Shown: positions 1-7,402 of the stretch, piece after piece
How the letters are laid out: each line of letters begins with the position of its first letter
Position numbering within the stretch: position 1 is the stretch's first letter
DNA from: a bacterium
GTDB taxonomy: Bacteria > Zhuqueibacterota > Zhuqueibacteria > Zhuqueibacterales > Zhuqueibacteraceae
Reading direction: 5' to 3'
NCBI GenBank assembly: GCA_044869275.1
Contig: JBIOXB010000218.1
Coordinates: 1 to 50,686, forward strand
DNA length: 50,686 nt
Position numbers and translations under genes: made by a program
Notes under the pieces: model-generated
What the model was told of the DNA's origin: nothing
The model's input: the letters and a program-made list of their open reading frames with translations, nothing else
Databases searched by the model: none

Positions 1-175
1 ACGGAAAGAAGCTTTTCATTTCCGTGGGAGTTCCATTTCCGTGGGCCAAACTTTTAAATTTATTCTAAGTTTGTTTGCCTAAGCGCATACTTTCGCGTGT
101 TCGACGTGTCTCGCGGGCGTCGACGAAATCTGCGAAGGGAGAATCTTTTAGTTGCGGTTCAGCTGCGCTGTGGTA
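1..175. repeat. 3'-flank duplicated with 3163-3523; this copy lacks ~200 bp
   Basis: Shared blocks CGCGTGTTCGACGTGTCTCGCGGGC and GGGAGAATCTTTT.GTTGCGGTTCAGCTGCG.TG.GGTACTA in both copies. Confidence 0.85.
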
Positions 176-2473
176 CTATTTTGCCAAAATCATCTTCCTG
201 GTGTCGCTGAACTTGGAGGTGGCCAGCCGGCAAAAATACATGCCACTCTGCACCTTTTCGCCACGATGATTTCTCCCATTCCAGCGCAATGCATGGAATC
301 CGGCGGCAAAATCGCCATCGGCCAGCGTGCGAATCTCCTCGCCGAGGTTGTTGAAGATTTTGACTACTACCCTACTGGCCTCGAGGAGCCGGAAGCGAAT
401 CTCGGTATCAGGGTTGAAGGGATTGGGATAATTCTGCAAAAGCGCATAGCCATTCGGAAAGCCGGAAGCCGTGGCCCCGGCCGCGCGGTCTTCGCCGTTG
501 CCGGCGGCCACTTTCGGCGCAGAGGAACTTCCGCAACTGCCGGCGACCGTGTGGTACGGGCCATTATCCACCACAACGCTGCCTCCGCCTTGATCATGCG
601 GCACGGAAACTTCGAAAGCTGCCGTGGCCACATTCCCACTGGCATCACTCACTTCCAGGTTGAGGGTATATACCCGGCCATTGTTTGAAGCAGCCCTTTC
701 CGAGCGCAGGTTGACCGATTGGCAGTCAGCGGCAATCACCATGTCACTCGTGGTAGAGCCATCGCCGTTGAAACAAATATGCAGAGGATCAGTGATGGTG
801 CACTGGCCATCCGGCGCATCTTCCGGCTCGTCGCTGCTCACCGAGGCGATTTTCACTGCGCTGAGGGGAATGCCGCCAGCGCAGGCATCACTCACTTCCG
901 CCACGCACTGCGATATGCTGATCGTAACATATTTGTGATTGGGCGGCCAGAGCATAATGGCCGGATTCAACGTGATGATCGGCGGCGTGGTATCTTCGAT
1001 GGTGATCAACACCACATCCGTATCGGTCTCCCCATTGCCGTCATCCACGGTGAGCTCGATCGTGTGGCTGCCAAAGTCGAGCGTCACGAGCGAGGTGGCG
1101 TCATCGGTTGGGTCGACAATAACGTTTCCGTTGTCGCGCCAAGTGTACATCAACTGATCATTGTCAGGGTCGCTTGAGCCCGAGCCGTCCAAAGTGACGG
1201 GGGTGCCGGCAGGAGAGGTGCATTCCAGAGTTTGATCAGCGCCGGCGTTTGCAATCGGGGAGGCGTTGGCAGAAGCAGCAGCGTAGAGATAAGCCGTACC
1301 CGTATCGTTTCCTCCGATATTGTCAAAAGGAGTGCCGATGAGAACTTTGTTGCCGATCCCTGCGACGGAAAAACCGAATCGATCGTCCGTACCAGGGGAA
1401 GGATTGTCGAAGGTTTGGATCACGGCGCCCGTGGTGCCATCAAAAAGATAGGCTGATCCCGCGTTCGATGCGTCGTTCAAAGGGGCTCCCACCAAAATCA
1501 TCACATTGCTGCCGACACTTGCTACGGCAGAACCAAATTGATCTCCGCCTGCCGGCGCCGGGTTGGTGAAGGTCCGGATCAGGGTGCCGGTCGTGCCGCT
1601 GAAAAGATATGCCGCCCCAGCGTCGATGACGTCGCTTCCGGCGGTGGTGTTGTCCAGGCGTGCGGCCACGATCAGATCATTCCCGGCCGCCGCCACGGCG
1701 TTACCAAAGCGATCGAGATTGGCGGGGGTGGGATTGAGTAAGGTGAAGATCACGCCCCCGGTATTGCCATTGAAAAGGTAGGCAGCGCCGGCGTCCGAGA
1801 TCGCACCCGCGTTCCGGCGTGGCGCTCCAACCAAAACATTACTGCCGGCTCCGGCGATCGCTGTGCCAAATTCATCACTCGCGGCGGGTGCAGGATGGGA
1901 AAAAGTCCGAATCGGGGCGCCGGTGATGGCATTTAAAAGATAGGCCGCGCCGGCATCGTTTGCGGCGGTGTCGTCAAAAGGCGCGCCAATCAGCACATCG
2001 TTACCCAGGCCGGCGAGCGCAATGCCAAACTGATCTCCAGGGTCCGGACTGGGACTAGCGAAGGATTGCAGGAGAAGGCCGGTCGTGCCATCGAAGAGAT
2101 AGGCGGCACCGGCGTCTTCGGAGGTTCCCACGTCTTTGAGTGGCGCCCCGATCAGAACATTATTGCCCACTGCCGCAACGGTGAAGCCGAACCAATCTCC
2201 TTCCATTGGGTCGGGGTTGAGGATGGTCACCAACAGCGCCCCGGTCGTGGTGTCAAAAATGTACGCCGCACCGGCATCCGTTGCCCCGGCGTCATCTTCC
2301 GGCGCGCCCACGAATGCCCTGTTGCCCACCCCAGCAACCGAGTGCCCAAAAAAATCGCTGGCTGCCGGAGTTGGGTTCAGGTAAATGTGCGTCTGGATGA
2401 ACGATTGTGCCGACGATGGGCCGGCAAAGGCAACCAAAGCGAGGAGAAGGGCGATAAGTACTGTTCGCATCAC
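176..2473 (-). CDS. Secreted FG-GAP repeat beta-propeller protein with PKD-like domain, Ig-like 'WPPNH' domain and C-terminal FlgD/T9SS-A-like tail (paralog 1)
   Basis: Signal peptide; about 7 FG..GAP..AG-AYLF repeats; 'ANAGADQ..LDGSGSSDPD' PKD-like domain; 'NYPNPFNP...RKMILAK' tail; GGAGG RBS before GTG/ATG. Confidence 0.9.
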   Translation of the reverse strand: MMRTVLIALLLALVAFAGPSSAQSFIQTHIYLNPTPAASDFFGHSVAGVGNRAFVGAPEDDAGATDAGAAYIFDTTTGALLVTILNPDPMEGDWFGFTVAAVGNNVLIGAPLKDVGTSEDAGAAYLFDGTTGLLLQSFASPSPDPGDQFGIALAGLGNDVLIGAPFDDTAANDAGAAYLLNAITGAPIRTFSHPAPAASDEFGTAIAGAGSNVLVGAPRRNAGAISDAGAAYLFNGNTGGVIFTLLNPTPANLDRFGNAVAAAGNDLIVAARLDNTTAGSDVIDAGAAYLFSGTTGTLIRTFTNPAPAGGDQFGSAVASVGSNVMILVGAPLNDASNAGSAYLFDGTTGAVIQTFDNPSPGTDDRFGFSVAGIGNKVLIGTPFDNIGGNDTGTAYLYAAASANASPIANAGADQTLECTSPAGTPVTLDGSGSSDPDNDQLMYTWRDNGNVIVDPTDDATSLVTLDFGSHTIELTVDDGNGETDTDVVLITIEDTTPPIITLNPAIMLWPPNHKYVTISISQCVAEVSDACAGGIPLSAVKIASVSSDEPEDAPDGQCTITDPLHICFNGDGSTTSDMVIAADCQSVNLRSERAASNNGRVYTLNLEVSDASGNVATAAFEVSVPHDQGGGSVVVDNGPYHTVAGSCGSSSAPKVAAGNGEDRAAGATASGFPNGYALLQNYPNPFNPDTEIRFRLLEASRVVVKIFNNLGEEIRTLADGDFAAGFHALRWNGRNHRGEKVQSGMYFCRLATSKFSDTRKMILAK

Positions 2474-2499
2474 AGCCTCCGCAAATTGTTTGTGGCGAA

Positions 2500-2845
2500 A
2501 GGTAACGGTGGATTGATAGAAATCACCTGCACTGCTGCTCCCTTGCAGTTGTAATTACCCTCGTCGCAGCGAACCCATGATCGCGGAAACTCTTGCAGGA
2601 AAAGGGGCGGACAACGACTGATTCTCTCTGTCTCGATCTGCCTTACTGGTGACAGAAATCAGTCATCTCTGTGAACAAATCTTGCTGTGTCAAAGCGTGT
2701 TTTAACACCAGGTGTGAAAATGGGTAGGTTTTGCGCGCGCGGAAGAATGAGCTCGGCCCCAAGGTAAACGTACTCCCAATCCTGAGTCAACGGATCCGTT
2801 TACATTCCCTTTACCTACCTGCAAAGCAAATGGGTCGCCAAGACT
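2500..2845 (-). promoter_or_regulatory. Conserved 5' leader of FG-GAP paralog 1 (diverged homolog of 6847-7176 and 10378-10708)
   Basis: Colinear shared blocks TGCAGGTAGGTA, CACGC..TGA, GATT.GTTCA, AGTAAG.C..ATCGA, ACTGCA..GGAGCAG. Confidence 0.65.
2825..2841 (-). promoter_or_regulatory. Sigma-54 (-24/-12) promoter candidate
   Basis: Minus strand TTGGCGACCCATTTGCT = TGGC-N7-TTGC with exact GG-N10-GC spacing. Confidence 0.6.
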
Positions 2846-2940
2846 TTTTATGATAAGGAGAGTCAGGATAATTTGCAAACCGTTTTTTGTAACGTATGGG
2901 GCGGGCAGGAACCTGAAAACTGAAACTCTTCGAGCAGCAA

Positions 2941-3008
2941 AGCTTCTTCACGCCATTACCCGGCAGCGTATTCACGTCCGGAAGCTTTCTCCCGCCATTA
3001 CACGGCTG
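2941..3008. repeat. 26-bp direct repeat, 42-bp period; candidate enhancer sites
   Basis: AGCTTCTTCACGCCATTACCCGGCAG (2941-2966) vs AGCTTTCTCCCGCCATTACACGGCTG (2983-3008), 21/26 identical. Confidence 0.6.
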
Positions 3009-3162
3009 GGAGCTGATCTCTAAACCCCGAAAGGATGAAGCAGATCAAAGTGAGGTAATATCCTAATTCGGATTCTCAGATGCGCTGAAAATCGAAGCTC
3101 GTTACGGAGCAGCTTCAAAGGCCTCGCCCACAAAAGTAGAACTCCCACAGAAGGACAAATGC

Positions 3163-3523
3163 CTTTTCAGTGGGATTTCATTTCAGTGGGCAAAGAACTT
3201 TCAGATTTTCTATTCTAACCTTGAAAAGCTAATCGCACACTCTCGCGTGTTCGACGTGTCTCGCGGGCATCGACTGCCGGTCTCGCTTCTGAGCGGTGCG
3301 ATCAGCCGGGTAAAACCGGCTGATCGCAAAAACATTTTGACCACTCAAGCAGGATCTTTGGAGTTGCCAGGCTTGGAGCTGTCATGCGAACTTGCTAAAC
3401 TTTTCTTTTTAACAAAATTTCTGTCCGAAGATTTCGCAGATTTACGCTGCTAAAGAATCTGCGTGAATCTGCGAAATCTGGAGAGGGAGAATCTTTTGGT
3501 TGCGGTTCAGCTGCGTTGAGGTA
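3163..3523. repeat. 3'-flank of paralog 2 with palindromic repeats; duplicated at 1-175
   Basis: 13-bp perfect hairpin 3297-3328; 19-bp inverted repeat 3429-3447/3461-3479 (18/19); blocks shared with 1-175. Confidence 0.8.
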
Positions 3524-6500
3524 CTATTTTGCCAAAATCATCTTCCTGGTGTCGCTGAACTTGGAGGTGACCATCCGGCAAAAATATATTCCGCTCTGCA
3601 CTTTTTCGCCCCGATAGTTTCTCGCGTTCCAATGCAATGCATGGGAGCCGGCGGCAAAATCACCATCCGCCAGGGTGCGAACCACCTCGCCGAGACTGTT
3701 AAAGATTTTCACCATCACGTGGCTGGCCTCCGGAAGCTGGAAGCGAATCTCGGTTTCAGGGTTGAAGGGATTGGGATAGTTTTGCTCGAGTTGATACGTC
3801 TTTACGCCTGTGGCGGTTTCGCTTTCGTTTGATTCTTCCGTATCGTCAGCGGCCAAAGTCGAAGATTTTGGCAAGGACACTATGCTGCCGTAATTATGAT
3901 GGAGGCAAGTAACATTTTTTTGTACCTCGATTTCCTCGGCAGCCACAGCGCCTTTGAAAAAGACACCGTCATACAAAATGAGCTTGGCATTCGGGGCGTT
4001 TATGTTACCGGATACATGCGAGCGTTCATGGATATGTAAATCCTCGCTACCCATATCGTTGAAGGTCACAAATCTCGCGCTGACTTCAACGGCAGGCGTA
4101 ATGACAATCTCCACGTCAGTGTCAAAATGAAACTTTTGTACCAGGTTGATTTCCACCGGGCCCTGAGATACATCAACGGAAAGCTTGGCCAGTGCCTTGA
4201 GCTCGAGTTTGTGAAAGAAATAGTTGCCGCTGCTGCCAGCGTGGCTTAACAGTAAATTTCCACCATTCTCGACTTTGACATCATGATAAGCTCCCGGAGC
4301 CAAGCTCCGGCTTCCGTTTGCAGGAACCGTCACGTCGCTTACGCCATCGGTGAAAGAGAACGTGGGGAGAGGATAAGATGCAACCGTGGCATTACTCGTG
4401 GCGGTTCCGGTGATAGTTGCATTGCCATCGAGCACAAGGCTCCCGCCGGCGGTGACGTCTCCCTCGACGGTGTTGTTCTTTCTGATCTTGATCTCACCCA
4501 GCGCTGTCAGATTTCCGATATGGGTACTGGGATTACCGTCACGGAATTCGATCTTGTCATTGGAATGAATGTCTCCTTCGGAAAAAAGCTCATGGTCGAT
4601 GAGTATTTTCTCTTCAGCCAGGAGCACGAAGGGGTGTGGCAGAGGACATTCCACGTTCACAATCCGCGATATAGAAGGACTACTGTTCCCGCTCGCATCG
4701 GTAGCGGTATAGGTGATGGTGTATGTTCCGGGAACGTTGGAGTTGACACTGCCGGTTATCACCGGCGGGCTCGGGATGGGATCACACGCGTCGCTCACCA
4801 CCGCGCCGGACTCGGAATATGGATTGCCGCATTGGAGCGTCATCGGATTCGCGCCATTCAAGGTGATCGCCGGCGGCGTGGTATCCACAACATTCACGGT
4901 GCGTGTGGTCGGGGCACTGTTGTTGCCGCTGGCATCGGTAGCGGTATAGGTGATGGTGTATGTTCCGGGAACGTTGGAGTTGACACTGCCGGTCATCGCC
5001 GGCGGGCTCGGGATGGGATCACACGCGTCGCTCACCGCTACGCCCGGATCTGAATAGGGAGTGTGGCATTGAACCGTCATCGCGTTCGCGCCGACTAATG
5101 TGATGGTGGGTGGCGTGGTATCCACAACATTCACCGTGCGTGTGGTCGGGGCACTGTTGTTGCCGCTGGCATCGGTCGCGGTATAGGTAATGGTGTATGT
5201 TCCGGGAACGTTGGAGTTGACACTGCCGGTCAACGCCGGCGGGCTCGGGATGGGATCACACGCGTCGCTCACCGCTACGCCCGGATCGGAATAGGGAGTG
5301 TGGCATTCAACCGTCATCGGGTTCGCGCCGATTAATGTGATGATTGGTGGCGTGGTATCTCCAACAAGGATCAAGACTACATCGTCCGTATCGGTTCCCC
5401 CGTTGCCGTCATTCACGGTCAATTCGATCGTGTGGGTGCCGAGGCCGAACGTCGTCACCACCAAAGTGGGACTGGTGATTGGCCCGGGAATGATGTTTCC
5501 GTTTTCGCGCCAGGTGTAGGTCAGCAGATCATTGTCCGGGTCGCTCGAAGCTGAGCCGTCCAGGGTGACGGCAATGCCCGCAGGTGAAATGCATCCCAGA
5601 TTTTGATCCGCGCCGGCATTCGCCAATGGAGGTGCATTGGGAGAAGCATAGTAATAAGCGATGCCGGCATCCGCGCCTGAAGCATCGTCTAATGGAGTGC
5701 CGATGAGAATGTTGTTGCCAATGCCCGCGACCGAGGAACCGAATTCATCGTCAAAACCAGGAGCTGGGTTGTTGAGGGTTTGGACGAGCGCGCCCGTGCC
5801 GACCACTAAAAGATGGGCCGACCCTGCGTCCGGGAATCCTGGGAGGTCGTTCTTAGGGGTGCCAACCCAAACCAGGCCACTGCTACCGACTCCCGCAACG
5901 GCGGAGCCGAACCGATCTTGGGCTGCCGTGGCTGGGAGATCTGGGTTCGAGATTGTTCGGAGAAAAGCGCCAGTGGTGCCATTGAAGATATGTACCACCC
6001 CGGCATTAGTTGCGAAGGCGTCATCCTCTGGCGCCGCCACGACCAGATTATTGCCAGTCACTGCCACAGCGGCACCAAAGGCATCTGAACCCGCGGGAGT
6101 GGGATTAGCCAGGGTAATGGTTGAGCTCGCGGTAAATAAATAAGCCGCACCGCTACCATTGTTCTCAAGCGGGGCTCCGATCAAAACATTGTTACCGGCT
6201 GCAGCGAGCGCAGAGCCAAAATTACCCCCTGCAGGAGTAGCTGATGGACTGGTAAAGGTCTGAATCGGCATGGAGCCGCTATCGAATAGATAGGCGGCAC
6301 CGGCGTCGTCGGGGCCGTCAAAGGGTGAGCCAATCAACACATTGTTGCCAACGAATGCGACTGCAGATCCAAACAGTTCATCATAATCCGGAGTTGGGTC
6401 AGCGAAGGCATGCAGCAGAACGCCGGTGGTAGCATCAAAAAGGTAAGCTGCACCGGCTTCGACCAACTCGCCATTGTCCTTTTCAGGCGCCCCGATCAAA

Positions 6501-6799
6501 ACGCTATCGCCCTTGATTGCAACCGCAAAACCAAACAGATCCCCACTCTCGGCAAAGAGAGGGGGTGCGACGAATTTCATCAGAAACGCGCCAGTGGCAG
6601 CGTCAAAAAGATATGCCGCACTGGCACCAGGCGCTCCCACCAGCGCCTTGTTCCCCATCCCGGCAACCGAGTGGCCAAATTTGCCGCCGGGGACTACCTG
6701 AGGCTGCTGCTGGAACGTATGTGTTGGTTGCTGCGCCAGCGCCTGGCCGGCAAAAGCAACCAACCCGAGCAGAAGGGTAAGAAACAACCTTTGCATCAC
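3524..6799 (-). CDS. Secreted FG-GAP propeller protein with PKD-like domain, 3x DUF5011-like Ig repeats, beta-solenoid-like domain and FlgD/T9SS-A-like tail (paralog 2)
   Basis: Signal peptide; FG-GAP repeats; three 'DTTPP.ITL.GAN.MT..C...PGTYTITYTATDASGN' units; NYPNPFNP tail; GGAGG RBS. Confidence 0.9.
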   Translation of the reverse strand: MMQRLFLTLLLGLVAFAGQALAQQPTHTFQQQPQVVPGGKFGHSVAGMGNKALVGAPGASAAYLFDAATGAFLMKFVAPPLFAESGDLFGFAVAIKGDSVLIGAPEKDNGELVEAGAAYLFDATTGVLLHAFADPTPDYDELFGSAVAFVGNNVLIGSPFDGPDDAGAAYLFDSGSMPIQTFTSPSATPAGGNFGSALAAAGNNVLIGAPLENNGSGAAYLFTASSTITLANPTPAGSDAFGAAVAVTGNNLVVAAPEDDAFATNAGVVHIFNGTTGAFLRTISNPDLPATAAQDRFGSAVAGVGSSGLVWVGTPKNDLPGFPDAGSAHLLVVGTGALVQTLNNPAPGFDDEFGSSVAGIGNNILIGTPLDDASGADAGIAYYYASPNAPPLANAGADQNLGCISPAGIAVTLDGSASSDPDNDLLTYTWRENGNIIPGPITSPTLVVTTFGLGTHTIELTVNDGNGGTDTDDVVLILVGDTTPPIITLIGANPMTVECHTPYSDPGVAVSDACDPIPSPPALTGSVNSNVPGTYTITYTATDASGNNSAPTTRTVNVVDTTPPTITLVGANAMTVQCHTPYSDPGVAVSDACDPIPSPPAMTGSVNSNVPGTYTITYTATDASGNNSAPTTRTVNVVDTTPPAITLNGANPMTLQCGNPYSESGAVVSDACDPIPSPPVITGSVNSNVPGTYTITYTATDASGNSSPSISRIVNVECPLPHPFVLLAEEKILIDHELFSEGDIHSNDKIEFRDGNPSTHIGNLTALGEIKIRKNNTVEGDVTAGGSLVLDGNATITGTATSNATVASYPLPTFSFTDGVSDVTVPANGSRSLAPGAYHDVKVENGGNLLLSHAGSSGNYFFHKLELKALAKLSVDVSQGPVEINLVQKFHFDTDVEIVITPAVEVSARFVTFNDMGSEDLHIHERSHVSGNINAPNAKLILYDGVFFKGAVAAEEIEVQKNVTCLHHNYGSIVSLPKSSTLAADDTEESNESETATGVKTYQLEQNYPNPFNPETEIRFQLPEASHVMVKIFNSLGEVVRTLADGDFAAGSHALHWNARNYRGEKVQSGIYFCRMVTSKFSDTRKMILAK
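4650..5362 (-). repeat. Three near-identical 237-bp intragenic tandem repeats (Ig-like stalk)
   Basis: GGCGTGGTATC recurs at about 4875, 5112 and 5349; 79-aa units. Confidence 0.9.
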
Positions 6800-6846
6800 T
6801 ACCTCCCGTAACTTATTGGGGGTGAAAATAAAAATGGGTTAACGGT

Positions 6847-7176
6847 GTAAACTTTACCCCTGCTCCACTGCAGTGGTGAAAATCCTGACACAGCCAATCT
6901 CTATTGCAAAGGCTCATACCGCGCAAGAATGGCGGCTTGCGCTGCCGATGGTCTCAATCTGTTCGATTGGTCTTACTCTTTACAAAAATCAACCCTGCCA
7001 CATGTGAACGAATCTTATCATTTCAGGGCGTGTTTTTGCACAAGAGGTGAATAAGAGGCGGGTACCTCGATCAAGGGGAATGATGGCGCAATAAGCAAAC
7101 TTCAACAGTAGTATCAAGGGTTTGTTTGCACTACCCTACGTACCTGCACACCAATTGATATGCATAAAAACCTTAG
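6847..7176 (-). promoter_or_regulatory. ~330-bp leader/promoter region of paralog 2, highly similar to 10378-10708
   Basis: Long colinear near-identity, e.g. CTATTGCAAAGGCTCATACCGCGCA.GAATGGCGGCTTGCGCTGCCGATGG. Confidence 0.9.
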
Positions 7177-7315
7177 CAGGATGCTGAAAAACTTCTTTTG
7201 ATGTCATACCCGCGAAAGCGGGTATCCAGAAAACCCAAGGAAATCATGGATTCCTCCCGCAACGGCGGGACGGGAATGACAAATCCGAGCAATTTGATAC
7301 TTTTTCAGCATCCTG
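7177..7315. mobile_element. 139-bp MITE with 15-bp perfect TIRs, TTAG target duplication and internal REP/RPE-like palindromes
   Basis: CAGGATGCTGAAAAA...TTTTTCAGCATCCTG flanked by TTAG (7173-7176, 7316-7319); empty site at 10705-10708; internal GTCATACCCGCGAAAGCGGGTATCC...GGGAATGAC. Confidence 0.9.
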
Positions 7316-7402
7316 TTAGCCCATAAATAGCAAAAAAATGATGCAAAACGATGATAACATAAGCAATTTAACGTTCCCTCTTCCATCTAACTGCGCAAGC
7401 GC

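Noticed and set aside
2500..2845. Known riboswitch (e.g. c-di-GMP) in the FG-GAP leaders
   Set aside because: No diagnostic consensus recognised on the coding strand; an Rfam search is still needed
2941..3008. CRISPR array
   Set aside because: Only two imperfect copies with a 16-bp spacer and no cas genes
3297..3328. Intrinsic terminator for paralog 2
   Set aside because: Perfect 13-bp stem, but no U-tract follows on either strand; kept only as a hairpin
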